Shown here piece by piece: positions 56,501 to 64,000 of a stretch of 64,000 nucleotides of DNA (the first letter of the stretch is position 1; each line of letters begins with the position of its first letter). Where the stretch lies: contig JAXMKZ010000044.1 of assembly GCA_034370385.1 (NCBI GenBank), positions 44,562 to 108,561 of the forward strand, in the 5' to 3' direction. A program made the translations under genes and the position numbers. The notes below the pieces were generated by a model, which was not told the origin of the DNA, did no database searches, and worked only from the letters and a program-made list of their open reading frames with translations. Origin of the DNA: Coriobacteriia bacterium (lineage in GTDB: Bacteria; Actinomycetota; Coriobacteriia; Anaerosomatales; PHET01).

Positions 56501-56759
56501 CGACGATCCGTGTGAGGCCCTCGTCTACGCGCGGCGCGCACTGGCAGCAGACCCCCTGCGCGAGGATGTCTACCAGCTGGCGCTCAGGTGCCACATCTCC
56601 GCCGGGCAGCGCAGCGGCGCTATCGAGACGTTCCTCCAGTGCCGCGGGCGGCTTTCAGAGGATCTGGGGCTCGATCCGTCGTCGCAGACCATGGCGCTCT
56701 ATCAAGAGATCCTCGTCATGGAGGACAGCCCGCGCTACGACGACTATGGGCTTTGCTAG
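53583..56759 (+). CDS. Large STAND-like NTPase - TPR-like - OmpR-type wHTH - BTAD transcriptional regulator
   Basis: 1058-aa ORF. Start is TTG 53583 or ATG 53595. Walker A APPGWGKT, Walker B IVVLDDLYL, long helical repeat region. wHTH RLLGGLDVVVGDRTVGERDWPKRKARLLFAMLVVKRGHDVPREQIFEHLWPD. BTAD ...YRGDLLPGDIYDDWF...LREDVYQLALRCHISAGQRSGAIETF. Confidence 0.85.
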   Translation: MGAAMCKRRPFRLSGGLDVPGHAACTLPPDYSSLARRVRLDRVIDSAGGRPCVIAAPPGWGKTVVASHYAARFNGWTCWLDAAGNSVSEQLVLGAVEGARERACLDPKKAGSGIVVLDDLYLGEHGLHGLMELQPRLASLGARLVVTTRCPFPSDASPGSRLPQCVGVAELRFSGKEATSLMASFGIETSAGPRLAALAAGHPEVIKRLAVHDTTEFGDAGHGLTDWLIRHVLGSSWDARLRLYNRVLMGSVVPDCRAPVRRSPETAFPELEGLHQSEDYSTTVTAAVVEAFRSEGRDETECVLSAVVPALVEAGDHEGALRAIGVCGVPELTAALLIRDAVAFESDAKVRELLQIMDDLPVHVMMEHACLVGMWALALYRSGLLEDAVAKARACLRLCAVDGDSDVASRARVTLIDALSGLQRFEEAATVIRQDGDDRRTRSLAESVAAACVEAYFGRAQEAYAAVDALSSTAFALDVSDYERLRWEHARASILSLCTGGYDVLAADLAVMIPRTRVWMREFALIRGNLGLALMETGRLARAGALLSAAVSSGIEDAFARYSALMLCVLAGKGDVDQALELVVQCIHASSEMGSEADLAGNRVYISTVLRAAGERDESLAAAERAYEHLCVVDYMGYRRLAALEVAASLLSLGDCDAARRWVATVEAEGFGRNRYHALRAAMILAECDRIDGEVEAGVARLAGHAEHILSESSNWQMAMYCRAFPGLLGMLAAAVTVKRLPVHMLRMVLPEYAERGLRACRAWLDADEWRALGMRTLGETGFGMLERRNGEPICRVRLLGGLDVVVGDRTVGERDWPKRKARLLFAMLVVKRGHDVPREQIFEHLWPDLDEERARNNLYVVWSAMKQALMGPTTRATKCPYLENKGGRLRVVSDVARSDIDEFEEALGAARVAEAAGDTDRALGGYVLLATVYRGDLLPGDIYDDWFAPLRDHYRLQFVDAMTRAAELLLERDDPCEALVYARRALAADPLREDVYQLALRCHISAGQRSGAIETFLQCRGRLSEDLGLDPSSQTMALYQEILVMEDSPRYDDYGLC

Positions 56760-56774
56760 CGACGGGTGGTAACC

Positions 56775-56818
56775 GGTATGTGCGCGGTAAGGAAGCGGTA
56801 AGACCCGCCTGATACGGT
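56775..56818 (+). promoter_or_regulatory. Three GGTA(T/A)G boxes phased at 11 nt plus a TACGGT -10-like hexamer (SARP-type promoter candidate)
   Basis: GGTATG at 56775, GGTAAG at 56786, GGTAAG at 56797, TACGGT at 56813-56818. Begins 16 nt after the regulator stop codon. Confidence 0.3.
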
Positions 56819-57002
56819 TCACGCGGATCGGATGACCCCCGATTCAGCGCAGGGCTCGTCGGGTTTCCCGGACAAGGGATCTCACGGGCGGGGCGCGGTC
56901 CATTGCAGGTGTGGAGCGGGAGAGTTCCAGAGGGGCACCGCCAGGGCCGTCAAGTACCCGTTCGAACCCAAGGAGTCTTGCGTGGCTTCCCCCGGGGCGG
57001 GG
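56786..57002 (+). repeat. Conserved non-coding block, copy B (between the regulator stop and the secA promoter)
   Basis: See copy A. The offset between copies is 3495 nt, the same (within 1 nt) as for the decayed coding remnant, so both belong to one duplicated segment. Confidence 0.9.
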
Positions 57003-57089
57003 TCGGATGACCTATTGGTCCGGCTCCGCTCAGGGGTGGATTTGGCTCCGTGTGGAGCCTGTGGAGGCCCCAGGCGCCCGGCATCCCTG

Positions 57090-57098
57090 TGCTAGAAT
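57090..57098 (+). promoter_or_regulatory. Extended -10 promoter candidate for secA (TGC-TAGAAT)
   Basis: GTGCTAGAATC at 57089-57099, 50 nt upstream of ATG 57148. Same 11-mer as at 44292. Confidence 0.45.
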
Positions 57099-57147
57099 CT
57101 GCAGGGCTTTCGCGCCCCCCAACCCCTCTCAAGAAAGCGCAGTAACC

Positions 57148-59913
57148 ATGGTGAACATCCTGCAGAAGCTCCTCACTCTCGGTGAGGGCAAGCAGATTCG
57201 CGGGTACGAGGGCCTGGTCGCCCAGGTCAACGAACTCGAGCCCGAAGTCGCGGAGCTCGATGACGCGGCTCTGGCAGCCAAGACCGTTGCGTTTCGCCAG
57301 CGAGTCGATCGCGGGGAGGACCTGTCATCTCTGCTTCCCGAGGCGTTCGCCGCGATGCGTGAGGCATCGAAGCGTGCACTGGGGATGCGCCATTTCGACG
57401 TTCAGCTCATCGGCGGAATGGTGCTCAACGACGGCATGATCGCCGAGATGAAGACCGGAGAAGGCAAGACCCTCGTTTCGACGCTCGCGGGCTACCTCAA
57501 CGCCTTGCGTGGCGAGGGCGTCCACGTGGTCACCGTCAACGACTACCTCGCCAAGCGCGATAGCGAGTGGATGGGTCGTGCGTACGCTGCGCTCGGCATG
57601 GATGTCGGGCTCATCCAGTCGCAGATGGATCCGTCGCGCCGAGTTCCTTCGTACCGTGCCGACATCACCTACGGAACGAACGCGGAGTTCGGGTTCGACT
57701 ATCTCCGCGACAACATGGTCGTAGCCCCGCGCGATCGCGCGCAGCGCGGTCATCACTTCGCCGTGGTCGATGAAGTCGACTCGATTCTCATCGACGAGGC
57801 GCGTACCCCGCTCATCATCTCTGGCGCCGGTACCAGGTCCGCTGACGCGTACAAGGATTTCGCCAAGATGATCCCTCGGATGCGCGAGGGTGTGGACTTC
57901 GATCTTGATGAGGCGAAGCGCACGGTCGCGCCGACCGAGGCGGGAATCAAGAAGGCGGAGCAGGCGCTGGGCATCGAGGACATCTATATGGACCCCTCGG
58001 GCCAGATGGTGAACCACCTCCAGCAGGCCCTGAAGGCGCAGTTCCTGTTCAAGTTGGACGTCGACTACGTGGTCAAGGACGGCGAGGTCCTCATCGTGGA
58101 CGAGTTCACCGGTCGCCTCATGTATGGGCGCCGCTACTCAGAGGGTCTCCACCAAGCGCTCGAGGCCAAGGAACGCGTGCACGTGCGCGAGGAGAACCAG
58201 ACGCTTGCGACCATCACGCTGCAGAACTACTTCCGCATGTACGAGAAGCTCTCGGGCATGACCGGCACCGCCGTGACCGAGGACAAGGAGTTCCGCGAGA
58301 TCTACAAGCTGCCCGTCATGGTCGTTCCGACGAACCAGCCGATGGTCCGTGACGACCGCAACGATCTCGTCTATCGCACGGTCCCGGCGAAGTTTGATGC
58401 TGTCGTCGAGGATATCGCTGAGCGCCATGAGGCCGGGCAGCCGTGCCTGGTGGGCACGATCTCAATCGAGAACTCCGAGCGACTCTCGCGTCTCCTGACC
58501 AAGCAAGGCGTGAAGCACAACGTGCTCAACGCGAAGTTCCACGAGCAGGAAGCGCTCATCGTCGCTCAGGCAGGACGCCTCGGGGCGGTCACGATCGCCA
58601 CGAACATGGCGGGACGAGGCACCGACATCATCCTCGGCGGCAACCCCGAGTTCCTCTGGGAGGACATCGTCAGAGAGCGCGGAGTGCAGCCCGAGGATGC
58701 CACTGAAGAGCAGCGGGCCGATGCACTGGAGGCGGCCAAGCGCATCTGTGCGGATGAGCATGAGGCCGTCGTGGGTGCGGGAGGGCTCGCCGTGCTCGGC
58801 ACTGAGCGCCACGAGTCGCGACGCATCGACAACCAGTTGCGCGGTCGCTCCGGTCGCCAGGGAGACCCCGGTGTCTCGCAGTTCTACCTCTCTTTGGAGG
58901 ACGATCTCATGCGCCTCTTCGGAGGCGGTCGGATGGACCGGATCTCGGCGTTCATGGCTAAGGCCGACATCCCTGACGACATGCCCATCCAGGCTGGCAT
59001 GGTCTCCAAGGCCGTCGAGAGCGCGCAGCGCCAGATCGAGGCGATGAACTTCTCGGCCAGAAAGCACGTTCTTGACTACGACGACGTGATGAACAAGCAG
59101 CGCGAGGTCATCTATGCAGAGCGCCAGCGCGTGCTTGACGGTAAAGACATACACGAGCGGGTCGAAGAGCTCATCGGGGACGTCATCGCCTCCAATGTGC
59201 TCACGTTCTGTCCGGAGCGCACCTATTCGGAGGAGTGGGACTGGGACACGCTCGAGCTGTGGTTCCACGACCTGACCGGCATGGGGTCCGAGCCGATCGA
59301 GGCCGCCCGCGGCGACGTGGACAACCCGCACCTGTTGGCGGAGTCCCTCAGTGAGATCGTGCTCGGGGCGTACGCCAACAAGGAGTCCGAGATCGGCCCC
59401 GACCAACTGCGCGAGCTCGAGCGGCACATCATGCTGCGGATCATCGATGCGCGCTGGATGGAGCACCTCCAGGAGATGGACTATCTCAAGGAGGGAATCG
59501 GACTGCGAGCGATGGGCCAGCGCGATCCGAAGGTCGAGTACAAGAACGAGGCCTACGACATGTTCTCCGCGATGGTCCAGGGCGTGAACGAGGACTTCCT
59601 GCGCACCATCATGCACATGCAGGTGGCGTTTGAGCCGGAGCCGGAGCAGGCTCCCGTGCTCAGCAACGTGAACTACTCGGCACCCAGCGAGTCGTCGATA
59701 TTTGCGACGGCTGCCGGTGCAGCCGCCGCGGTTGGCGTCGATGCGCCGTCGCCCGACGCCATCGCCGCCGCTGCCGCTGTGGCTGGTGGCACCAGCAAGG
59801 CCGCTACCGTGGTGAAGGACAAGCAAGACCCCTTCGCCGATGTCGGGCGAAACGACCCGTGCCCCTGCGGCAGTGGGAAGAAGTACAAGAAGTGCCACGG
59901 AGCAGGGGCGTAG
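57148..59913 (+). CDS. secA: Preprotein translocase ATPase SecA
   Basis: Frame of ORF 56911-59913. ATG 57148 gives [28 protein letters not shown] (Walker A), [30 protein letters not shown]-terminal zinc motif [14 protein letters not shown]. Confidence 0.98.
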   Translation: MVNILQKLLTLGEGKQIRGYEGLVAQVNELEPEVAELDDAALAAKTVAFRQRVDRGEDLSSLLPEAFAAMREASKRALGMRHFDVQLIGGMVLNDGMIAEMKTGEGKTLVSTLAGYLNALRGEGVHVVTVNDYLAKRDSEWMGRAYAALGMDVGLIQSQMDPSRRVPSYRADITYGTNAEFGFDYLRDNMVVAPRDRAQRGHHFAVVDEVDSILIDEARTPLIISGAGTRSADAYKDFAKMIPRMREGVDFDLDEAKRTVAPTEAGIKKAEQALGIEDIYMDPSGQMVNHLQQALKAQFLFKLDVDYVVKDGEVLIVDEFTGRLMYGRRYSEGLHQALEAKERVHVREENQTLATITLQNYFRMYEKLSGMTGTAVTEDKEFREIYKLPVMVVPTNQPMVRDDRNDLVYRTVPAKFDAVVEDIAERHEAGQPCLVGTISIENSERLSRLLTKQGVKHNVLNAKFHEQEALIVAQAGRLGAVTIATNMAGRGTDIILGGNPEFLWEDIVRERGVQPEDATEEQRADALEAAKRICADEHEAVVGAGGLAVLGTERHESRRIDNQLRGRSGRQGDPGVSQFYLSLEDDLMRLFGGGRMDRISAFMAKADIPDDMPIQAGMVSKAVESAQRQIEAMNFSARKHVLDYDDVMNKQREVIYAERQRVLDGKDIHERVEELIGDVIASNVLTFCPERTYSEEWDWDTLELWFHDLTGMGSEPIEAARGDVDNPHLLAESLSEIVLGAYANKESEIGPDQLRELERHIMLRIIDARWMEHLQEMDYLKEGIGLRAMGQRDPKVEYKNEAYDMFSAMVQGVNEDFLRTIMHMQVAFEPEPEQAPVLSNVNYSAPSESSIFATAAGAAAAVGVDAPSPDAIAAAAAVAGGTSKAATVVKDKQDPFADVGRNDPCPCGSGKKYKKCHGAGA

Positions 59914-59922
59914 TCGACAGCC

Positions 59923-61062
59923 ATGGTCAACGACCGGACACAAGACATCGCCGCATTGCGCTCCCGCGTCGAGCGCATGGCTGAGTACCTGCACATCGAC
60001 GCCAAGCGCGGCGATCTTGCGGTCCTCGAGGAGAACAGCGCGGCGCCGGACTTCTGGGACGACCAGTCCAAGGCGCAGACCGTCATGGCTCATGCCGCTG
60101 GTCTGCGCGACGAGATCGAGACCTACGAGTCGGTAGTGGCGGTGCTTGATGATGCTGAGGTCGCCAACGAACTCGCCATGGACGCAGGAGACGAGGATCT
60201 GGCCACCGAGATCGACTCGATGCTGTTGGATGCGGCGGGCCGCGTCGACGGTCTTGAGGTAGCTAGCTGGTTCACTGGCGAGTTCGACCCCGGTGACGCC
60301 ATACTCACCATCACTCCGGGCCAAGGTGGCCTCGAGGCCCAGGACTGGGCCGAGATGCTGCTCCGCATGTACACGAAGTACTGCGAGCGCAAGAAGTGGA
60401 AGCTTGACCTTCACGACGCGCCCGCCGGAGTCGAGTTGGGTATCGATCGTGCGGTGTTCACGGTTCATGGACGCAACGCCTACGGGATGCTGCTTTCCGA
60501 GATGGGGGTGCATCGACTGGTGCGCATCAGCCCCACCGACGAGAAGAAGCGTCGCCAGACGACGTTCGCCGGCGTCGAAGTGCTGCCGGTGCTTCCCGAT
60601 GATGTCGAGGTCGACCTCAAGGAAGAGGACCTGAGAATCGACGTGTATCGCTCCAGTGGTCCGGGTGGACAGTCGGTCAATACGACCGACTCCGCCGTGC
60701 GCATCACGCACCTGCCTACGGGCCTCGTCGTGACCTGCCAAAACGAAAAGTCGCAGCACAAGAACAAGGACGCGGCGATGAAGATCCTACGCTCGCGCCT
60801 GTTCGAGATCGAGCGCGAGAAGCGCGAGGCGGAACTCGATGAGCTGCGTGGCCCGAAGCGCGAGATCACCTTCGGCAGCCAGATCCGAAACTACGTTCTG
60901 TACCCGTACCAGCTGGTCAAGGATGTGCGCACGTCCATTGAGACGGGCAATGTCGACTCCGTGCTTGATGGAGACATCCAGCAGTTCGTGGTCGGCTACC
61001 ACCGGTGGCGCGTGCACCAGGAGCAGGCCGATTCCGTTGGCGCAGCCAGTCGGGAGCAGTAG
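59923..61062 (+). CDS. prfB: Peptide chain release factor 2 (uninterrupted ORF, no programmed frameshift)
   Basis: 379 aa. SPF-region ...RISPTDEKKRRQTTFAGVEVLP and GGQ motif YRSSGPGGQSVNTTDSAVRITHLPTG. The N-terminus is continuous in one frame. Confidence 0.95.
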   Translation: MVNDRTQDIAALRSRVERMAEYLHIDAKRGDLAVLEENSAAPDFWDDQSKAQTVMAHAAGLRDEIETYESVVAVLDDAEVANELAMDAGDEDLATEIDSMLLDAAGRVDGLEVASWFTGEFDPGDAILTITPGQGGLEAQDWAEMLLRMYTKYCERKKWKLDLHDAPAGVELGIDRAVFTVHGRNAYGMLLSEMGVHRLVRISPTDEKKRRQTTFAGVEVLPVLPDDVEVDLKEEDLRIDVYRSSGPGGQSVNTTDSAVRITHLPTGLVVTCQNEKSQHKNKDAAMKILRSRLFEIEREKREAELDELRGPKREITFGSQIRNYVLYPYQLVKDVRTSIETGNVDSVLDGDIQQFVVGYHRWRVHQEQADSVGAASREQ

Positions 61063-61067
61063 CCCCG

Positions 61068-61871
61068 GTGCGCCTGCTTGCCGACCTCCACACCCACACC
61101 ATCGCCTCGGGGCATGCGTACTCAACGTACACAGAGCTCGCCCAGGTGGCGCGTGCGAGGGGCCTTGAGCTTATCGCGGTGACGGACCATGGGCCGAGCG
61201 TGCCGCAGGGAGCGCACCCGTGGTACTTCTGGAACTCCAAGGTCGTCCCGAGCGTGCTCGATGGCGTTCGCATCTTGAAGGGATGCGAGGCCAACCCCTC
61301 AGTAGGGACGGACAACGGAATCGACCTGCCGGACGAGCTGCTCCGGCTGCTCGACTTCGTCTCGGTGGGATTCCACCCGCTCACCGGATTCGACGATCGT
61401 GATCGCGCGCGGAACACCGAGGTGCTCCTGCGCGTCATCGCCAATCCCTACGTCGACCAGATCACCCATCCAGGCAATGAGGCCGAGTTCCCGCTCGACA
61501 TCGATGCGGTCGTCGAGGCCGCGGTCAACCACCGGGTCATCCTGGAGCTCAACGACCACTCCTTTGCGCCGACGAGCGCTCGTTCCAGCGCCATCTCGCG
61601 TGAGCGGGAGTTCGCCGCCGCGGCGCTTGAGGCGGGGGCGCCCATCGCCATCGGCAGCGATGCGCACTACGCGCTGCACGTGGGGCGCTTCGATGCGGCC
61701 GTCGCGTGCGCGAACGAACTGGGCATCACCCCTGAGCGCCTCGTGAACCGCGACGCCGAGTCCACGCTCGCGTTTCTTATCGGCAAGCGCGAGCGCCCGC
61801 GCCTCGAGGTCGGCGGCGAATGGACGTGGCCCGCCGATGACGCAGGGCCACTTCCGACGGGGGAGGTGTAG
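61068..61871 (+). CDS. PHP-domain phosphoesterase (YcdX-like)
   Basis: Frame of ORF 61005-61871. GTG 61068 gives VRLLADLHTHTIASGHAYST. Later ...AVTDHGP... and ...GSDAHYALHVG. Confidence 0.8.
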   Translation: MRLLADLHTHTIASGHAYSTYTELAQVARARGLELIAVTDHGPSVPQGAHPWYFWNSKVVPSVLDGVRILKGCEANPSVGTDNGIDLPDELLRLLDFVSVGFHPLTGFDDRDRARNTEVLLRVIANPYVDQITHPGNEAEFPLDIDAVVEAAVNHRVILELNDHSFAPTSARSSAISREREFAAAALEAGAPIAIGSDAHYALHVGRFDAAVACANELGITPERLVNRDAESTLAFLIGKRERPRLEVGGEWTWPADDAGPLPTGEV

Positions 61872-61874
61872 GAG

Positions 61875-62771
61875 ATGGTGTCGCCCGGGCTGACCCCCTC
61901 ACGGGTGCTGCGAGCCCGACCCGTACGCGACTATGCCCTCATGACGGTGGGCCTAGCGCTGACCGCTTACGGGCTCGACGCCTTTCTCATTCCGAACAAG
62001 ATCGCGGCGGGTGGTGTATCGGGCCTGGCGACGGTCATCTACTACACGCTGCAGGAGGCCGCCGGACTCGAGGTGAGCATCGCACTGCAGGTGCTCCTCA
62101 TGAACGTCGTGCTGCTCGTGATCGCCATCCAATCCCGCGGCTTGACGTACGTGGCCAAGACCATCTTCGGCATCGTCGGTCTGTCGATCTTCATCGGACT
62201 GTTCGCCCAGTTCAACCCGGTCGTTGGCTCCGAGGACCTGCTGCTCGCAGCGCTGTACGGCGGCGTCATCAGCGGTCTTGGCGTCGGGCTGGTCTTCAAG
62301 GGCGGGGGCAACACCGGAGGGACCGACATCGTGGCCCAGCTGCTGGCGAGCCGATTCCCGCTCGGTGTCGGCCAGATCATGCTGGTAGTGGACGCGGCGG
62401 TCACGCTGCTTGCCGCAATCGCGTTCGGGCCGGTCCTGGCAATGTACGGTGCCGTTGCGATCTTCGTCGGTTCGGTCACCATCGATGTGGTACTTGAAGG
62501 CATCCCGGTCGAGAAGGCCGCATTCATCATCTCGGACCAGAACGACGCGATCGCGCAGGCGATCGTTCATGAGATGGGCCGAGGCGCCACGATGCTGCAG
62601 GCCACCGGAGTATGGACCGGCGATGAGCGCCGGATGCTGTTCGTGGTGCTCTCTCGCAACGAGATCGACTCGCTCAAACGGGTTGTCGCGACCCTTGACC
62701 CGACTGCTATGGTCGTCATAAGTGATGTGCACGAGACCATCGGCGAGGGATTCAAGGCCATGCCTGGGTAG
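61875..62771 (+). CDS. YitT family membrane protein (with C-terminal DUF2179-like domain)
   Basis: 298 aa. FLIPNKIAAGGVSGLATVIYY, GGNTGGTDIVAQLL. C-terminal soluble domain ...ATMLQATGVWTGDERRMLFVVLSRNEIDSLKRVV.... Confidence 0.8.
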   Translation: MVSPGLTPSRVLRARPVRDYALMTVGLALTAYGLDAFLIPNKIAAGGVSGLATVIYYTLQEAAGLEVSIALQVLLMNVVLLVIAIQSRGLTYVAKTIFGIVGLSIFIGLFAQFNPVVGSEDLLLAALYGGVISGLGVGLVFKGGGNTGGTDIVAQLLASRFPLGVGQIMLVVDAAVTLLAAIAFGPVLAMYGAVAIFVGSVTIDVVLEGIPVEKAAFIISDQNDAIAQAIVHEMGRGATMLQATGVWTGDERRMLFVVLSRNEIDSLKRVVATLDPTAMVVISDVHETIGEGFKAMPG

Positions 62772-62780
62772 GAGTGCGGT

Positions 62781-63800
62781 GTGAACTACGGGCGCCAGCG
62801 GGGACAGGGCGGTCACGTTCCGTGGGACGGAGATGAGGGCTTCGACTCCGCCGCGTGGGCGGCCGAGCGCGCCGCGGCTCGCGAACGACGGCGTAGCGCC
62901 GAGAGGCGCAAGCGCCAAGTTCGAGGCTTTGCGGGCGTCGTGGTACTGCTCCTGATTGCTGGCGCAGGCGCAGGGGCGGTCAAGAACTCGTTGGGCTCCG
63001 ACGAGCCACGCTACGAGTTCGAAGATGTCGCCGGGGAAGCGACCCCGACGCCACCGGCCGCCGGTGCCGCGGAGACACCGGAGCTCGTGCCCGTCACCCA
63101 GACCCAGAAGCCGACGCCCGAGCCTGCCCATGATGCGCCGGACCCCGTCGCAGCGGCTGCGGTTCAGTACCCCGGTGCCCCCGCGGTCGAGCCCGAAGTG
63201 ATCCAATCGGCCAATCCGGCCGAGAAGCTGGTCGCGATCACGATAGACGACGGGATCCCGATTGATGAGCGCCTCCTTGACCTGCTGATCGACAGGGATG
63301 TTCCGGTCACCACATTCTTGCTGGGCCAGGCCGTGGTCTCGCGTCGGACCCTCGTGAAGCGGATGCACGATGCCGGCTTCGAGATTGCGACGCACGGCTG
63401 GGACCACGACAGCTTCACCAAGATGTCGGAGTCTGAGATGCGGTCGCAGTTGAAGCGCACCCAAGACGCCATCACCGACATCACCGGTGACCAAGCGCCG
63501 TACTTCCGGCCACCCTACGGGGCCCGCAACGATACCGTCGACCGCATCGCGGCCGAGCGCGGCTACCGTGTCGTCCTGTGGGATGCGTCATTCGTCGATA
63601 CCTACAAGAACGCAACCCCTGAGTACAGCATGAACAAGGCGCTCAAGAACCTGCACCCCGGTTCCATCATCTTGTGCCACTGGGGACGGCCCGCCACGTA
63701 CGGCGCGATGAGGCTGCTGCTCGATGAGCTGGACCGGCGGGGGTATCGCGCCGTGACGCTTTCCGAACTCCTCGCGGCGCCCGAAGAAGAGATGCGCTGA
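62781..63800 (+). CDS. Polysaccharide deacetylase (NodB homology domain), membrane-anchored
   Basis: 339 aa. Basic N-terminus plus a TM segment, a Pro-rich linker, then VAITIDDG...TFLLG...GFEIATHGWDH...YFRPPYG.... Confidence 0.85.
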   Translation: MNYGRQRGQGGHVPWDGDEGFDSAAWAAERAAARERRRSAERRKRQVRGFAGVVVLLLIAGAGAGAVKNSLGSDEPRYEFEDVAGEATPTPPAAGAAETPELVPVTQTQKPTPEPAHDAPDPVAAAAVQYPGAPAVEPEVIQSANPAEKLVAITIDDGIPIDERLLDLLIDRDVPVTTFLLGQAVVSRRTLVKRMHDAGFEIATHGWDHDSFTKMSESEMRSQLKRTQDAITDITGDQAPYFRPPYGARNDTVDRIAAERGYRVVLWDASFVDTYKNATPEYSMNKALKNLHPGSIILCHWGRPATYGAMRLLLDELDRRGYRAVTLSELLAAPEEEMR

Positions 63801-63865
63801 GTGCCTGCAGGGGAGTGCTATCCTTGCGAGGTTTCCCACGCAGCCACGCCGATTGGAGCCAGCAC

Positions 63866-64000
63866 ATGTTCGACGCCAGGGTTGTCGAATCCAAGGCGCA
63901 GCAGATGCGTCGCGACATCGTGGAGATGATCGCCGCAGCGGGATCCGGCCACCCGGGCGGCTCGCTGTCCGCGGCCGACATACTTGCCACTCTCTACTTC
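63866..64000 (+). CDS. Transketolase N-terminal subunit, 3'-truncated by the window edge
   Basis: My translation from ATG 63866: MFDARVVESKAQQMRRDIVEMIAAAGSGHPGGSLSAADILATLYF, which contains the GSGHPGGSLS TPP-binding signature. Confidence 0.8.
   Translation, partial: MFDARVVESKAQQMRRDIVEMIAAAGSGHPGGSLSAADILATLYF

Noticed and set aside
59923-60010. Programmed +1 frameshift site expected in prfB
   Set aside because: The RF2 ORF is continuous from ATG 59923. There is no in-frame early UGA and no CUU-UGA-C motif. This organism apparently has the non-frameshifted form, which occurs in many bacteria.
58462-60759. 765-aa minus-strand ORF opposite secA/prfB. Similar long antisense ORFs occur at 61953-63494, 35453-36817, 39864-41156, 42334-43587, 6894-8087, 34174-35382, 32957-34141 and 2501-3493.
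   Set aside because: All lie opposite confidently identified genes and have low-complexity, Arg/Asp/His-rich translations. I treat them as non-coding shadows.

Overview
GC-rich 64-kb chromosomal segment (mid-60s % G+C by eye, not computed) from a high-GC Gram-positive-type bacterium. The comF-hpf-secA-prfB backbone and the LCP, SpoIID and pyruvyl-transferase wall genes suggest Actinomycetota, but the exact taxon cannot be determined here. No rRNA, tRNA, CRISPR array, transposase or integrase was found.

Gene content, left to right:
- (1) Complete F1Fo ATP synthase operon atpBEFHAGDC, then murA and fabZ.
- (2) A large cell-envelope glycopolymer locus split into two blocks (8.8-25.0 kb and 30.8-38.1 kb). 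It holds two NDP-sugar dehydrogenases, an LCP ligase, four GT4 glycosyltransferases, a Wzx-like flippase, a Wzy/O-antigen-ligase-like protein, a Wzz-like protein, a nonulosonic-acid module (fused cytidylyltransferase/PseG-like gene plus a NeuB-type synthase), a polysaccharide pyruvyl transferase and an LbH acetyltransferase.
- (3) Embedded in that locus, a secreted dihaem c-type cytochrome fused to a sulfite-oxidase-like domain, preceded by a Moco-riboswitch-like leader.
- (4) A 3-kb accessory islet between the two glycan blocks: two small membrane proteins, a class-II Fic protein and a wHTH-MNT/HEPN pair. A large SpoIID-domain wall protein follows.
- (5) Methionine/SAM recycling genes (PNP, ahcY, mtnA) and an AEC transporter.
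- (6) The comF-hpf-secA-prfB backbone, interrupted twice. The first interruption is a polar amino-acid ABC transporter with a ~280-nt structured leader. The second is an ~8-kb module between hpf and secA: an unknown two-domain protein, a 25-codon micro-ORF, an HD-GYP / degenerate-HD / small-membrane-protein trio, and a 1058-aa NTPase-TPR-wHTH-BTAD regulator.
- (7) A PHP phosphoesterase, a YitT-family protein, a polysaccharide deacetylase and the start of transketolase.

The most unusual signal is a co-linear duplication (53080-53506 versus 56575-57002). A 216-nt non-coding block, carrying 11-nt-phased GGTAAG boxes, is about 95% identical in front of both the regulator gene and secA. The adjoining coding-derived part of the same duplication has decayed.

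All functional calls rest on motif recognition in the supplied translations. No database search was run.
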